Source: Chromera velia
Lineage: Eukaryota
Direction: 5' to 3'
Length of the DNA: 55,595 nt
Assembly: GCA_018398765.1 (NCBI GenBank)
Contig: JAHBMJ010000138.1
Span: forward strand, 1-55,595
The notes beneath the pieces were generated by a model. The model did no database searches. It saw only the letters and a program-made list of their open reading frames with translations, and was not told where the DNA came from. Of the stretch, positions 1 to 12,237 are shown one piece after another. A program made the position numbers and the translations under genes. Numbering within the stretch: position 1 is the first letter of the stretch; every line of letters begins with the position of its first letter.

Positions 1-52
1 GCTCATCTCATGCAAACGAGAATATTTATTTCAAATGCGAGAGAATATTCTT

Positions 53-126
<74 letters not shown>

Positions 127-401
127 GCTTCCGCTCAGTAATTTTGTTGTGAGTGAGTGAGTGAGTGAGTGTGTGTGTGTGTGTGTGTGAATTGAATTTG
201 AATTTGAATTGAGGCAGTTAAAGCCGGTGAGCGCACCACTTGGGCTCTGGCCAACTGCGGGGCATGACATGCAACGTTTGTTTGTTTACAATCAAAACGT
301 GTATGTATGTATGTATGTATGTATGTGCGTGTACAAATAGTTAGTTAGTTAGTTAGTTAGAGGATGCCTAACCCCAGTTGGAGCGCTGTATGTACATACA
401 C

Positions 402-436
<35 letters not shown>

Positions 437-465
437 TGTCTGTGCTCGTGTGTGTATTCCCGCAG

Positions 466-570
466 GCGATTCTTCTGGAAGACTTTCGATTCGATGAGCC
501 GCTGGTAGTTCCTGTAGAGCCAGTCGTGCAAGTGCTTAGGCAAGTGAAGGAAGAAGTCGAGAGTAGTTGA
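466..570 (+). CDS. Probable terminal exon of an upstream gene (AILLEDFRFDEPLVVPVEPVVQVLRQVKEEVESS*)
   Basis: Follows a (TG)n tract and CCCGCAG acceptor; 35 open codons ending in TGA; protein-like composition; the rest of the gene could not be resolved. Confidence 0.4.
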   Translation, partial: AILLEDFRFDEPLVVPVEPVVQVLRQVKEEVESS

Positions 571-884
571 AAAAACAGTGTGTGGTATGAACAAGCAACT
601 GTGGGGTCGGCTCCTAGTAGGGTTTCGATCGGTGAGAGTGGTCTCTTGCGAAAACAGTATTGAGTTTCTCGAGGAGCTCGACGCTAGCTGAGACGTAAAG
701 TATGCACTAGAAGGTGGATCGATGAATTAATGGGTAGATCGCAATCGTACATATCAGGTAAACTTTGATACATTCAACTCTGAATCATCATCATCATCAC
801 TTTATAGAATTAATACTTCTAGTAGTATTTCAGATTCTAATCTAAGATTTAGAATGAAAACTTAACTTCTATACTAGCTTCTGA

Positions 885-1116
885 ACCTCCCTGAACCTAA
901 GTGCCACTTGAAAAAATATAATCAAGATCATCTCTATCTGCGGCATCTTTTTTCCAGAGACCGTCCACGTCTGTGGCGTAGATGGTTAAGACACCGTCCA
1001 GATATGCGGCTTTGGCTTTCAAAATACCATAAATGATCCGCGCCTGCGGCGTGGACTTTCAAGCTTATCCAAAAATGCGGCCTAAACTATCAAGTGGTAG
1101 TTAGGTTCAGGGAGGT
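885..1116. mobile_element. Small MITE-like element
   Basis: About 26-bp imperfect TIR: ACCTCCCTGAACCTAAGTGCCACTTGA at 885 vs TCAAGTGGTAGTTAGGTTCAGGGAGGT ending at 1116; no clear TSD. Confidence 0.55.
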
Positions 1117-1976
1117 CAGCTTTTGTACCGTTTAGACTGTACCCTATAAAACTTTTAGTAAATATGACTAAATATTATAAAATATTANCCTTCCCTCGCT
1201 TTCGGCAAGCTTGGGTTCGTTCCTCTCTCCCTTTCTGCCTTTGCACGCGTGCCGCCTCTACAGTTCGATCAACGCTGACCATTCCTTCCACCTTCGTGAC
1301 CACTTCCACATTCGTTTCAACTGTGTACCTGCATGCAACGACTGACAGACAGCAGACGGATCAGCACCCTGGCAGTTGCTCCCTCTCCCTCTATTTTACT
1401 GTTCGAGTCGGTTTTGCTTCATCTGTATCGATCGACAGCCAGTCCGCATGCATGCACAGAAGCTTGGGCGAGAGAGAGGGAGGGAGCAACCAACGAATAC
1501 CCTATAAAACTTTTAGTAAATATGACTAAATATTATAAAATATTACAAAAAATTCATATTTTAGTCATATTTTACTTTTTTTTTGTGGGTTTATATTTTT
1601 TTGTATATATTGTACGCGGACAAACAAAAAATGCTACACAAGTCTACAAACACCCACAAATTGAATGAACCAACTCCCATTCATTCAATTAATATATTTT
1701 ACGAGAAAAAAAATGGTGAAAAAAAACTAGTGAATAGTCATATTTTAGTCATATTTTTTTAAAGTGAATTTTGTTACTAATTTCCCTCATATTTTCTATT
1801 ATTTTGTCATATTTTATCATATTTTGAAAAACATTTTTTTATGAAAGAATTATAACTTTTAGGACATTTCTGGGGCAATTTATGAAGACTGGAGCTTTTA
1901 ATTCATCTAGTGCACCGACTTAGAGCATGTAAAATAAAATATTGAGTAAATAATATCATTTTTATGAAATTTTATC

Positions 1977-2730
1977 TTATTTTGACCATAATAATGAGGA
2001 GGGGGATGACCTCTTCGCCCCCCCCAATGGCTGCCAGTGGGCCAACCTTTTTCGGAGTGGTACCTTCCGTCCCCCCTTCTCATCCTGAACGTCTTCCATT
2101 TTGGCATCCTCTTCCTGCACTCTCCCCCTCCTGCCTGTAGCAGCGGCCCCAGCAGCGGCCGCCCTAGCAGTGGCCTCTTCAGTGGCCCTTCTTGCCTCTC
2201 CTTCCGCATATCCAATTCTGTTATTCAAAGAGGTCGTAAAGTGATGGAGGACCGTGACTGAGACGGTGACTCTCTTCCCGGCCTTGTTGGTGACTGTGTG
2301 CTTGGATAAATCACCGAAGACGACTTCTAGGGCCTCGTTGAGGAGACTGATCGTCTTGTGTGTTTTCTCCACACCTGCGTCTGTAGGCTTTACCTTGGCC
2401 CACCTGCAAAGAGAAAAACAAAATGAAGGTACAAACCTGGCCAACCTTTATAGACAAACAGCTGCGTCATCAGGTAGCAAAAACAAGCAAAAAAAGGAGG
2501 GGGTGGGAGCAGACGCAAGAGATATAGACGTGTGGAACTAGCGTGTGAAAAAAAAAAAAAAGGGAGGCTCTGAAAAGAGAAAGCTGACGTACCTGTTTTT
2601 CCACTCTTCATCAGGAAAGGTATCCTTGTCGATCCTTGTACACGCGAATCAGCTCTTCGATGAGCTCAGAATCAACAGAAGGGATCGGAGGTTTTTTGGG
2701 GCACTGCGCTGTGCCAACCAGGTATCTCCA
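1977..2730 (-). pseudogene. Decayed intron-containing ORF inside the TIR element (...[25 protein letters not shown]...)
   Basis: GTACGT donor near 2591 joins in phase to a TTTGCAG acceptor near 2404 and a ~140-codon last exon; the upstream exon has an in-frame stop; no transposase motif recognised. Confidence 0.4.
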
Positions 2731-2796
2731 CCTAACACTTCTCTCCTTTTTGCATTTAAATCCAAGGATGCACAACTTCATGCATCCATCGAATGG

Positions 2797-3430
2797 CATC
2801 CATCCATCCATCCATCCATCCATCGAATGTCATCCATCCATCCATCCATCCATCCATCCATCCATCCATCCCTCCTCACTCGATCACTCCACCCATTCAT
2901 CCCTCACTCACTCCATCCATCAATCCATCAATCCATCCATCCATCCATCAATCCATCCATCCATCCATCCATCCATCCATCCATCCATCCATCCATCCAT
3001 CCATCCATCCCTCAGTCACTCCCTCACTCCATCCACCCATCCATCCATCCCTCATCACTCCATCACTCCATCTATCCCTCATCACTCCATCCATCCATCC
3101 CTCACTCACTCCATCAATCCATCCCTCACTCACTCCATCAATTAATCCATCCCTCACTCACTCCATCACTCCATCCATCCATCCCTCACTCCATCCATCC
3201 ATCGATTTATCCATCCAATGGCATCCATGCATCCATCCATCCATCCATCCATCCGTCCGTCCGTCCGTCCGTCCGTCCCTCAGTCACTCTCTCACTCCAT
3301 CCATCCATCCATCCATCCATCCATCCATCCATCCCTCAGCCACTCTCTCACTCCATCCACTCATCCATCCCTCTTCACTCCATCATTCTATGCATGCATC
3401 CATCGATCCCTCACTCACTTCATCCATCCA
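2797..3430. repeat. (CATC)n/(CACT)n compound microsatellite
   Basis: Direct tandem repeat; source of the spurious HPSI ORFs. Confidence 0.95.
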
Positions 3431-4651
3431 TAACCTCAGTTGTGACTGACCTTTCTAAATCTCAGTTCGCACATGTTGACATCCTGGTCGATGCGGTCGC
3501 TTCTGAAGCTCCTACCAGGCAGCACAAAACGAAGAGACAGCACTATAGAAAGACGATCCTACTGTCCGTTTGCCCTGTCCTAGTGGATTGACACAAAAGC
3601 ACCAACACTCTGTGACACAGTTCTTTCATCTGTACGTCTGCATATATCTTTGTCTGCATGAGTGGCCTTTGTGGTGTGGATCATGCATGCCGGGGTCTTT
3701 CACTGTACACGCTGCATAGAACGCTGCGTGCAGCGGGCCCTGCAGGGCATCCGCGGCCGGGTCATGCTCACGCGCGCGCCCCGGTCCCGGTCGCGACGTC
3801 GTCGTCAACGGGCAGGCCGAATATATACATATGTTTTTTCATATGTTTATATGTTTGCATATATAAGGAGTGTGCCAGTTGTGAGTTAGATTCATGACAG
3901 TCTCAGAATGGAGATGTCAGGGGTGCCAGGGGTGACTGAATCTGACGTCATCCTCATAGGATCTGTATTATCAATCATATGATACAGATACCTGCAAGAC
4001 ACAGAAAGATCGTTGTACTTTGTCGTAATGTTAGTCTCTTAGCAGTCGTAACGACCTTGCATATGAGAGTCCGTATGTCTGAAAGTCGTCCAGATTAACA
4101 CATATTATTTCTGTGTCATTTTTAAAAAAAATGATAAAATACTTCTCTCGTTGGAGATGGTCGTTAACAGACTCATTTGGCATCTTTTATCTAAAAATAT
4201 GTTTAAAAAAATATTTTAAGTTCAGTCATATTTAGTCATAATTTAGTCATGAAAAATTATTTAAGAAAAAAATAGTGAATAGACATTCACGAGTTGATTC
4301 ACTAAAAAATTTATTGGGCTCTAAAAATTTTTTTATATTATATATGGCCAATCTGGGTAGCTAAACGTGTTCTTTGATCAAAACTGAACCATACAAACCA
4401 CTTTTGGGCTCTTTATGCTTTATAGTTCACAAAAAAAAATTGTTCATATTTTACTCATATTTGTATCATATTTTAAAAATATTACAATATTTACTCATAT
4501 TTACTCATATTTAATAAAAGTTTTATAGGGTAACCCTACAATTACTATATCATGCTAGATATCATATTACTATCTATATTTCCCAGCTTGCTAGCTAGCT
4601 TTCTAGCCAGCTTTGTATTTAAACTAGTATTTAAAGACTTCCCTGATATGA

Positions 4652-6032
4652 TGGAGATGGTTTGGAGCTTTGGATTGATTGATTGATTGATTAATAGGTT
4701 CCGCACTAGGCCTTCCCGCTATGTCTATCTGTTGCCAGAGCTAGCAAGGGATCTCTTCAAAATGGGTTTGGATATATCCAAATCTGACATTTGGAACACC
4801 TTCCTTATGTTCGATCTGTAAGTTACTAGGATGTTCTATCTAGCGCTACTAGTGAAACTAAGTGTGCCGATTATGTTTCTAAGCTTTATTTGATCATATT
4901 CCATGTAATTTGCATATAGAAAAATTGTTAGGGATGTTTGGAGATTTGGAAATCTCTAAAGGATTTTAGAGATCTCCAACAAAATCGTATGTGACTCTCA
5001 TTTTCCAAAGTCTCCAAATCATCTCCAAACCTTACATTTGCATAGAGCACCTTCCTTACTAGTATGTTTGATCTATAAGTTACTAGAATGTTTTATCCCA
5101 CGCTTCTAGTGAAACTAAATGTACTAATCATATTTCTAAGCTTTATATGTTCATATGTCATCAAAAAAAAATGTTAGACATGTTTGGAGATTTGAAGATC
5201 TCCAAAACATCTCCAAGGAATTCATGGAGATCTCCATCAAAATTGTATGTAAAAATATTAGAGATCTCTAAATTTTTTTGGAGATTTCTAAATCTCTAAA
5301 CATCTCTAAAATTTTTTTTAGACGGAATATGATCAAATAAAGCTTAAAAACATAATCGGCATGCTTAGTTTCACTAGTAGCGCTGGATAGAACATCAATC
5401 CTAGCACACTGTGCTGTTAGGAGTAACCAACTTAGTTTGGTTACCCAGGCGGCCATTAGGCCGCTTGGTAACCATTTTCATGGTTATGGTAATTAGGCAG
5501 AGTCACATTGATTACCGTTGTTTTGGTAACCAAAACAGTGGTAATCGTTCTTTTAAGTTAGACAAACTAGTGGGTAAATTGAGTAGCAAAGATAGATTTA
5601 CGTAAATTTATTGTAAGCCTGGTTCTCTTATATTAATAAATATTTATAAGTTAAAGTTAAGTTTTTGATATTATAGAAAAGACCTAGACAAAACAAGTTT
5701 AAAAATGATTTTTTTTACGCCATACACATTACATTGATCAACTAAGATGCTTTTCTCCTATATTAGATCTTGATTCAACATATTTACGGCCAGATACACT
5801 CAGATTACCACGGTAGCGGTAATCTCCTTAGATCCGCCCAGTTACCCAATTTTGGTTACCAATTTGATGGTAACTATAAAAGCTTTCTGAGAAGGGCCGG
5901 TAGTTACTCCTAACAGCATAGTGTAGATCCTAGTAAGTTATAGATCGAACATAAGGAAGATGATCCAAATATCACTTTTCGATATCCAAACCTATTTTAT
6001 ATGGAGAGATCCAAAGCTCCAAACGATCTTCA
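4652..6032. mobile_element. Long-TIR foldback/MITE element interrupted by a second element
   Basis: TGGAGATGGTTTGGAGCTTTGGAT vs ATCCAAAGCTCCAAACGATCTTCA; the arm at about 4750-4902 is the reverse complement of 5324-5397 plus 5927-6010. Confidence 0.75.
5407..5923. mobile_element. Nested MITE with CACT(G/A) termini
   Basis: CACTGTGCTGTTAGGAGTAAC vs GTTACTCCTAACAGCATAGTG; internal GGTAACC/GGTTACC repeats; splits the right arm of the host element. Confidence 0.75.
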
Positions 6033-6379
6033 TCATTTTAGGATTATGAAATTTAATGAAACAAAAACCACAGTTTATAAAATTGTTTTATCATTGATTG
6101 ATTGATTGAAACTTGAAAGTTTAAATTGATGCTAGAATTATTATTAGAATATTTTTTTAAGTATTTTTTTATTATTTTTTGACAGTGCGAGGCCTAGTGC
6201 GAGGCCTTCAAGTTTTGTTTGTTTTTGAATGGGCTTATATAATTGACAATTAAAAGAGTTTGAATATAGACTCATTCAGAATCGTAATTTAGTCACAAAA
6301 AGTTTTTAGTGAATTAAATGTCAGAATTGAATTAAATGCTGGATTAAATGTTTGTATAAACCAAATTGGATGCCTAGCT

Positions 6380-6724
6380 AGGGGCAATTTTTTTTAAAAA
6401 AAAAAAGGTCTCCAGGGCAAAATTATTATTTTTTTTTTTGCTTTTCGATGATGACCTCCATCAAGATACGACAAGCATATATGCAACACTTTGCAACACA
6501 TAAGTAACAGTTGTATAACAGTGTAACAACATTTATTCTAGCATTCATTTATCATTATAACAAAGAAAAAATAGTATAATAACACTTAAACAACACTTGT
6601 TGATTCGTGCAACACATCAACAACACTTAAACAACATATTTTTTAGTTTGACATCAGAAAAAAAAACAAAAAACAAAAAAGTGAAAATGATCATTTTTTT
6701 TTTTTTTTTGAAAATTACCCCTAA
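6380..6724. mobile_element. MULE-like MITE
   Basis: GGGGCAATTTT / AAAATTACCCC inverted ends; flanking direct repeat ATGCCTAGCT (6370-6379 and 6725-6734), consistent with a 9-10 bp TSD. Confidence 0.6.
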
Positions 6725-7787
6725 ATGCCTAGCTGGATGCTAGACTGGATGTCGCGTGCGTTACGCCAATCGCTAGAAACCTCAAAAAATAGACCGATGG
6801 CGATGAGTGGCGCTGAGTGGCGTTAGTAGTGCCACCGTATTAAATGATAATAATTTTTATTTATATTTTTATACACTTATTAATTGATTCCTGTTCAATC
6901 TTCACAGCTAGCTTCACAGGAGTCATGAACAAAGATGCTAGAGGTATAGAATTGAGGCTAGAAATAAGGTTTATCAGACAGTTGGCGTCGTGGGACTGCA
7001 TTATTTTTTGCTAGCTTTCTGGAGCAGTCAGACTGGAAAACTTGGAGGAGACGAAGGGACGCCCCTTCTGCCTTGATTTTTCCAACTGCTATGCCTTCTC
7101 GAGGTTCTATTCTCCGCTTCTCTTTCGCTCCTTGAGCCACCCCCTTTTTTTTTCTTTTTTTTGGTTTTCTCCTAGATGGTGGACTGACTCACTTGCCGTT
7201 CTCTTTCCCAAAGCAAACAGCCAGATAATGATGGAAAAGAGACGAGAAACATACAGAGAAACAGACAGGAAAGGAGAAAATGGCAAAGGAGAAGCAAGCG
7301 ACGAGAGATCCTACAGAATGAGCAAAGCGCGCGCGCCGCGCGTGCGTGTGTGTGTGTGTGTGTGCCTGTGTGTGCCTGGTTTTTCTTGGACGAATACCTG
7401 CCAGACAAAAGAAAGTCTTTTCTTTCGTAAGACACAATAATGTCTTTGTTCGAGTCCCTTTCGCTTTCCCGTTTTTTCTCTTGCATGGGTGGCATGCATC
7501 GGTCCCATCGTCCTTCGATTGAATCGAGGTCTATCCGATCGCACAGACAGGTCCATTTGGAGGGCGGCGGGGGACCTCACCAGCTCCCACCATCCCTCCC
7601 TCCCTCCCCCATCCTTTCGTGCCTGGGCTTGTTGCCTTGTTTGTTTCTCCCTCCCTCCCTGCCCTCACCCGCCGATACCATTTTTTGCACAACCACCCCC
7701 ATTTTGTTTTCATTCATTCCAAATACAAATCCAAAGGAGCATTGAAGGAAGGTAGAAACTCCTCTTCCTCTTCTCCTTTCCTCCTTC

Positions 7788-8238
7788 CTACCACACTGCT
7801 ACTTTACTCTTCTCCTCACCATCTTCCCCCCCCTGTGAATCCTCCAAATCTCCGTCCAGGTCCTCTCCTTCCGTCTCCTCCTCCTCCTCCTGAACATCAT
7901 CGTCATCCTCCTCCTCATCGTCCAACTCAGTCAACTCGTCTGCTTCCTTGGCGCCCTCCGACTTCGTCAAGACAACACCGGAAGAAGAAGGACGCCCCCT
8001 CAGCGCGCCTGCTACCACCTTCTCCTCATCCACCTCTGTCTCTGTCTCTCTCTCGGGAGAGGAGGCAAGAGAGACTTCGAATTCCTTGGAGAGGCGTTCC
8101 GTATTCGAGCACGACCTCTGGCTCTCTGCCTCTGGGGCCTCCGAGGCGTCGGGTGCCTCAAGAAGCTCATAGTGCGACCCCAGTCTGGCGAAGTCACGAG
8201 ATGGACAGTGGATCCGCAGCTGCAGTCAGTGGGAAGAG

Positions 8239-8278
<40 letters not shown>

Positions 8279-9445
8279 AGAGAAGTCAAAGGTGCAAAAC
8301 GGAGGAAGGAAATCCCAAGAATGAATGCTGTGAGGAGCACTCAAGCTCATCAAGTCACGAGACTGAACGTGCACACAGAGAGAGCAGCTGTGGATGAAAA
8401 AAGGGAACCAATGAGGGAAGGAGACAAAGAAAGAAGGAAAGGAAGAAAGAAAGAAAGAATGAAGACAGAAAGGAACGAAGGCATCTACTTTGTGATATTG
8501 ATCTATGCGTGTGTCGACATGAATTCGACAAGCACATTTCCATCCGCATTTACCCAGAAGAATAGTTGTCTGATCGATCGAAATCCTGACTGACCGTTTT
8601 GACTTGGTTGTCCATTCCGATGGGGACCTTTGCATGTAATTACTTTCATACAGAATTCTTTTTCATATATACAGAAAGTAAATGCCTGACTGACCGTTTT
8701 GACTTGGTTGTCCATTCCGATGGGGACCTTTGCGGTGCTCTTATGCGTCCAGAATCCCAGCACCTTGGTCTTTGTGACGACGTATGCTGAGAATCTTTCA
8801 ATGATTGTGGACTTGATCTGCTCCTTCTCCTTCTTTGAGTCGAATGACTCTCTGCATTCAGTCAGGCGGGCAGGCACTTTGGATTTTCTGTCAGTCTGTA
8901 TGCATGTCCAGATGCATGTATCTTAGTGTCTTTCTTCCATTTCGGTCTTTTCTTCTAGCATTACTTATTCCTGGAGATATCTCATTTGCATTCTTTCTTT
9001 ATTTCCCTCCTTCCTTCCAGCAGCACATACCCCGTATTTCATTCTTATTGGTCTCTCGGTCGGTGAGTTGGAACGGACGGCTGAGTGCCTGCCAGTGAAG
9101 TACAAACTGGCTGGCCGGCCGGCTCTCTCATGATGGACGAAGTGACTCGGTGAGACACTCACTCCCTGGCAGACCGGCTCTTACAACAAGAGGCAGTTAA
9201 ATCTGCTTCTCTATGCACGTCCCCTCCATGGACAGACGAACAGGTAGATGGATAGACAGATAGACAGAAAGCAAGAGAGACTGACTGACTGTTTGTAGCA
9301 GGAGAGATATTTGGGGGTTCCGAGCTCTTCGAGGGCTTCCAGAAAGTGAGTGCCGTGTTCACGTGTGACCACCCATTGCTTCCAGGTCGCAGTCTCTCTG
9401 CAGCCACTCATTGCAATGCAGGAAGTTTCTTGCGTTCTTTATCTT

Positions 9446-9478
<33 letters not shown>

Positions 9479-9555
9479 CTTTTTTTCTTTCTTTCTTTCT
9501 TTCTTTCTTCCTTCCTTCCTTTCTCCCTTTCTTTCTTTGTTTCTTTCTTTGTTTG

Positions 9556-9587
<32 letters not shown>

Positions 9588-10052
9588 CTTCCTTTCTCCT
9601 TTCTTTCTTTCGCTCTATTTGTCTTTCTCTCTTTCAACATAGATAGAGACATACAGTGACAACGCAACACGCTCCTTTTGATCGTTCTATAGAGAAGAGA
9701 CAGCCAATCAGATAATTCACTGGGATCGAGTAAGCCACACAGACGAAAAACAGAAACACAGAAAAAAGTACAAAGAGAACGAAATGAAAAAACGAAAACA
9801 GCAAGGAAAGAAGAGGAGAAAGAAAGAAGCAAGCAAGCCAAAAAAAAGGCGACAGACATACATGCCGACCTTGAAGGAATTTTGAAGTCCTCATTGTTGT
9901 CGCCTGTGACGTCCACCTTGTCCACTGCAATTAAGCACACAGACATGCAGGCAGTCGATTGGTTGATAATGCATTCGAGTGAGTGAGTGAGTGGGGAGGC
10001 GCATTTAGCCAGTCGGATCTATCAGAGAGGAACAGTTTTGTTGAAGAGAACT

Positions 10053-10088
<36 letters not shown>

Positions 10089-10367
10089 ACAGAGGGTTAT
10101 AAACAGTCCCTGATAAAGACTCCCTCGCGCGCGCACGCGCGCCACCCCACCAACCCTCTCACACACTGACTTGCGATCTCGACAGGCGCTCCCCCGAAAT
10201 CGCTCTGCGAGGTCAGGTATCCGACCTGCAGTCAGTAGGCGAGTATCCACAAAGACGTTATCTCTCTTTCTCTCTCTCTCCGCATTCTTGCCCAGTCCCA
10301 TCCGCCTGCCTGTCTTCCTGTCCGAATCTCTGTCTGCCTGCCTGCGCAGCCTGAGATGCAGACACGC

Positions 10368-10424
<57 letters not shown>

Positions 10425-11742
10425 TGCAAACAGATTCCTAGGAACCTGACGAGCTGATCGAGTCCTGACTGACATGCACGAAGACTTCATCGAGAATGAC
10501 GGGGAAGAAATTATCGTTCGTCATCGTCAGTTCCAGATGGAGGGGGAGGAAGAAGTTGCCGGTCGACTTCCTGCAGGAAGGACACGCACGAACATATGCA
10601 GATCGAATGAGGACACGAAGAAATTGTACTCCCGTCTGCTCCCACTTCAGGACGCACGGAAGTCATCATCCCACTGAAAGAAAAAATTTCTCTTCTCACT
10701 GACAAGAGCACGAGCAAACCAGCCGGAAATCAGAGCAGCTCGACAAACTCGATCATCTCTTATTGTACAAAAAGAAAACCGTCCGGTGCTCATGGACGAG
10801 AAAGAGATTGGAAAAACATGTGGATACTCATGTACACTGCAAGACGATTTGATACCAAAATCTCTACCTTGATTCCGTTCACGCACCGAATTTAGAACAA
10901 AGAGGGGGGCAACGAAGAACAAAGCCCCTTAAGGCGTTTCCATGTTCCTTGTTACCAACATCAAAATGAATGAATGAATGAATTTCTGTCAACAAGAAAG
11001 TCAATGCAATTCTTTCTCTCTACGTGAATGTCGTGATCATGACGCTCACCCTTCTTCTGTCTTGGAGCCCACAAAAGTGTACGCAAAGCCCTTGTCACGA
11101 GTCTTGAACGTCGCGCCATTCCATCCCAGCTGCATACGTACAAAAATGCCCTCAAAAATCAAAAGAGGCATAGACGAAAATTTTGCGGTGACCCAAGCAG
11201 ATCAGAACACATCCTCACCCTCCCTCGTTACTTTGCCAGGCCAGCCTACCGATAGGCAGATTAGTGGCCCGCCTCAGACAAGTTTCATCACAGGTCGGAA
11301 ACCGATATCTATTCTCGCATGGGAGGAGAATAAAAGTGCCACTCATACACCCACGAAGCTAAATCTAGCTAGACCCATGCACCCACCCACCGATGCGCAG
11401 ATGACGGGGTCTCGGGGAACGAACACGAACGCAGTGCACATGAGGGCAACGAACACGAGCACGCCCCCAACGGAGAAAAGGGCACCGCGCATACCCTTGA
11501 TGGCGCCGACTGCAAACAAATAGAACCCCACAGTTTGTACTTTGAAAAGGAAAAACGCGCAAAGAAAACATGGAGAATTTCTTGCTACTGTCTGTGATAA
11601 TAACAGAAAGAACACTCAGGTCGTCCCCATCCATCACCATCTGACATCCGGACAACAAGAATCCTCATGTCGCAGCAAGAAAGACATCTGGGTGAGAAAG
11701 AAGAAACCTCATGCGGTGGAAGCACACCAGAGTGTGTGTGTA

Positions 11743-11782
<40 letters not shown>

Positions 11783-12203
11783 GTGAGAGAGGTGACAATA
11801 CACTTCCTGAGAGACCTCCACTCTTTCTGCCTGACTGACTGACTGACTGACCGACCGATGAGAGGTGAGGTGTCAGCACGGTCGTGTTCGGGGAGGTCGT
11901 CATAGATCTGCAAAAACTCACTCACTCACTCACCCACCCTCTCATTCATTCATGCATTCATTCATTCATTCATTTATTCATTCATTCATTCATTCATTCA
12001 TTAACACACACACACACACACAAATGTATCTGCTTATCCCGACGGATGACCAGATCCGCAGCCGGCAAGATCAAGGAGAGAGTGATGTTGTTGATTCCTT
12101 CATTCCTTCACTTTTCTCTTCCTTCCTTCTTTCTTTCCTTCTTTCCTTCCTTCCTTCCGTCCTTCCATCCTTCCTTCCATCCTTCCTTCCTTGTTTCCTT
12201 CGT

Positions 12204-12237
<34 letters not shown>

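Larger units (their letters stand above)
1500..4530. mobile_element. About 3-kb non-autonomous TIR DNA transposon (CCC...GGG ends, TA flanks) with internal spliced ORF remnants
   Basis: TA|CCCTATAAAACTTTTAGTAAATATGACTAAATAT at left; ATATTTACTCATATTTAATAAAAGTTTTATAGGG|TA at right; many TCATATTT subterminal repeats at both ends. Confidence 0.75.

Noticed and set aside
1140..1188. Second copy of the left TIR (TACCCTATAAAAC...) 358 bp upstream of 1498
   Set aside because: Ends exactly at an N (1188); most likely a contig-join artefact rather than an LTR or a real tandem end
2545..3591. 348-aa His/Pro/Ser/Ile ORF and overlapping ORFs
   Set aside because: Translation of the (CATC)n microsatellite; open in all frames
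7619..8593. 324-aa Pro-rich plus-strand ORF
   Set aside because: Antisense shadow of the acidic last exon of the minus-strand gene
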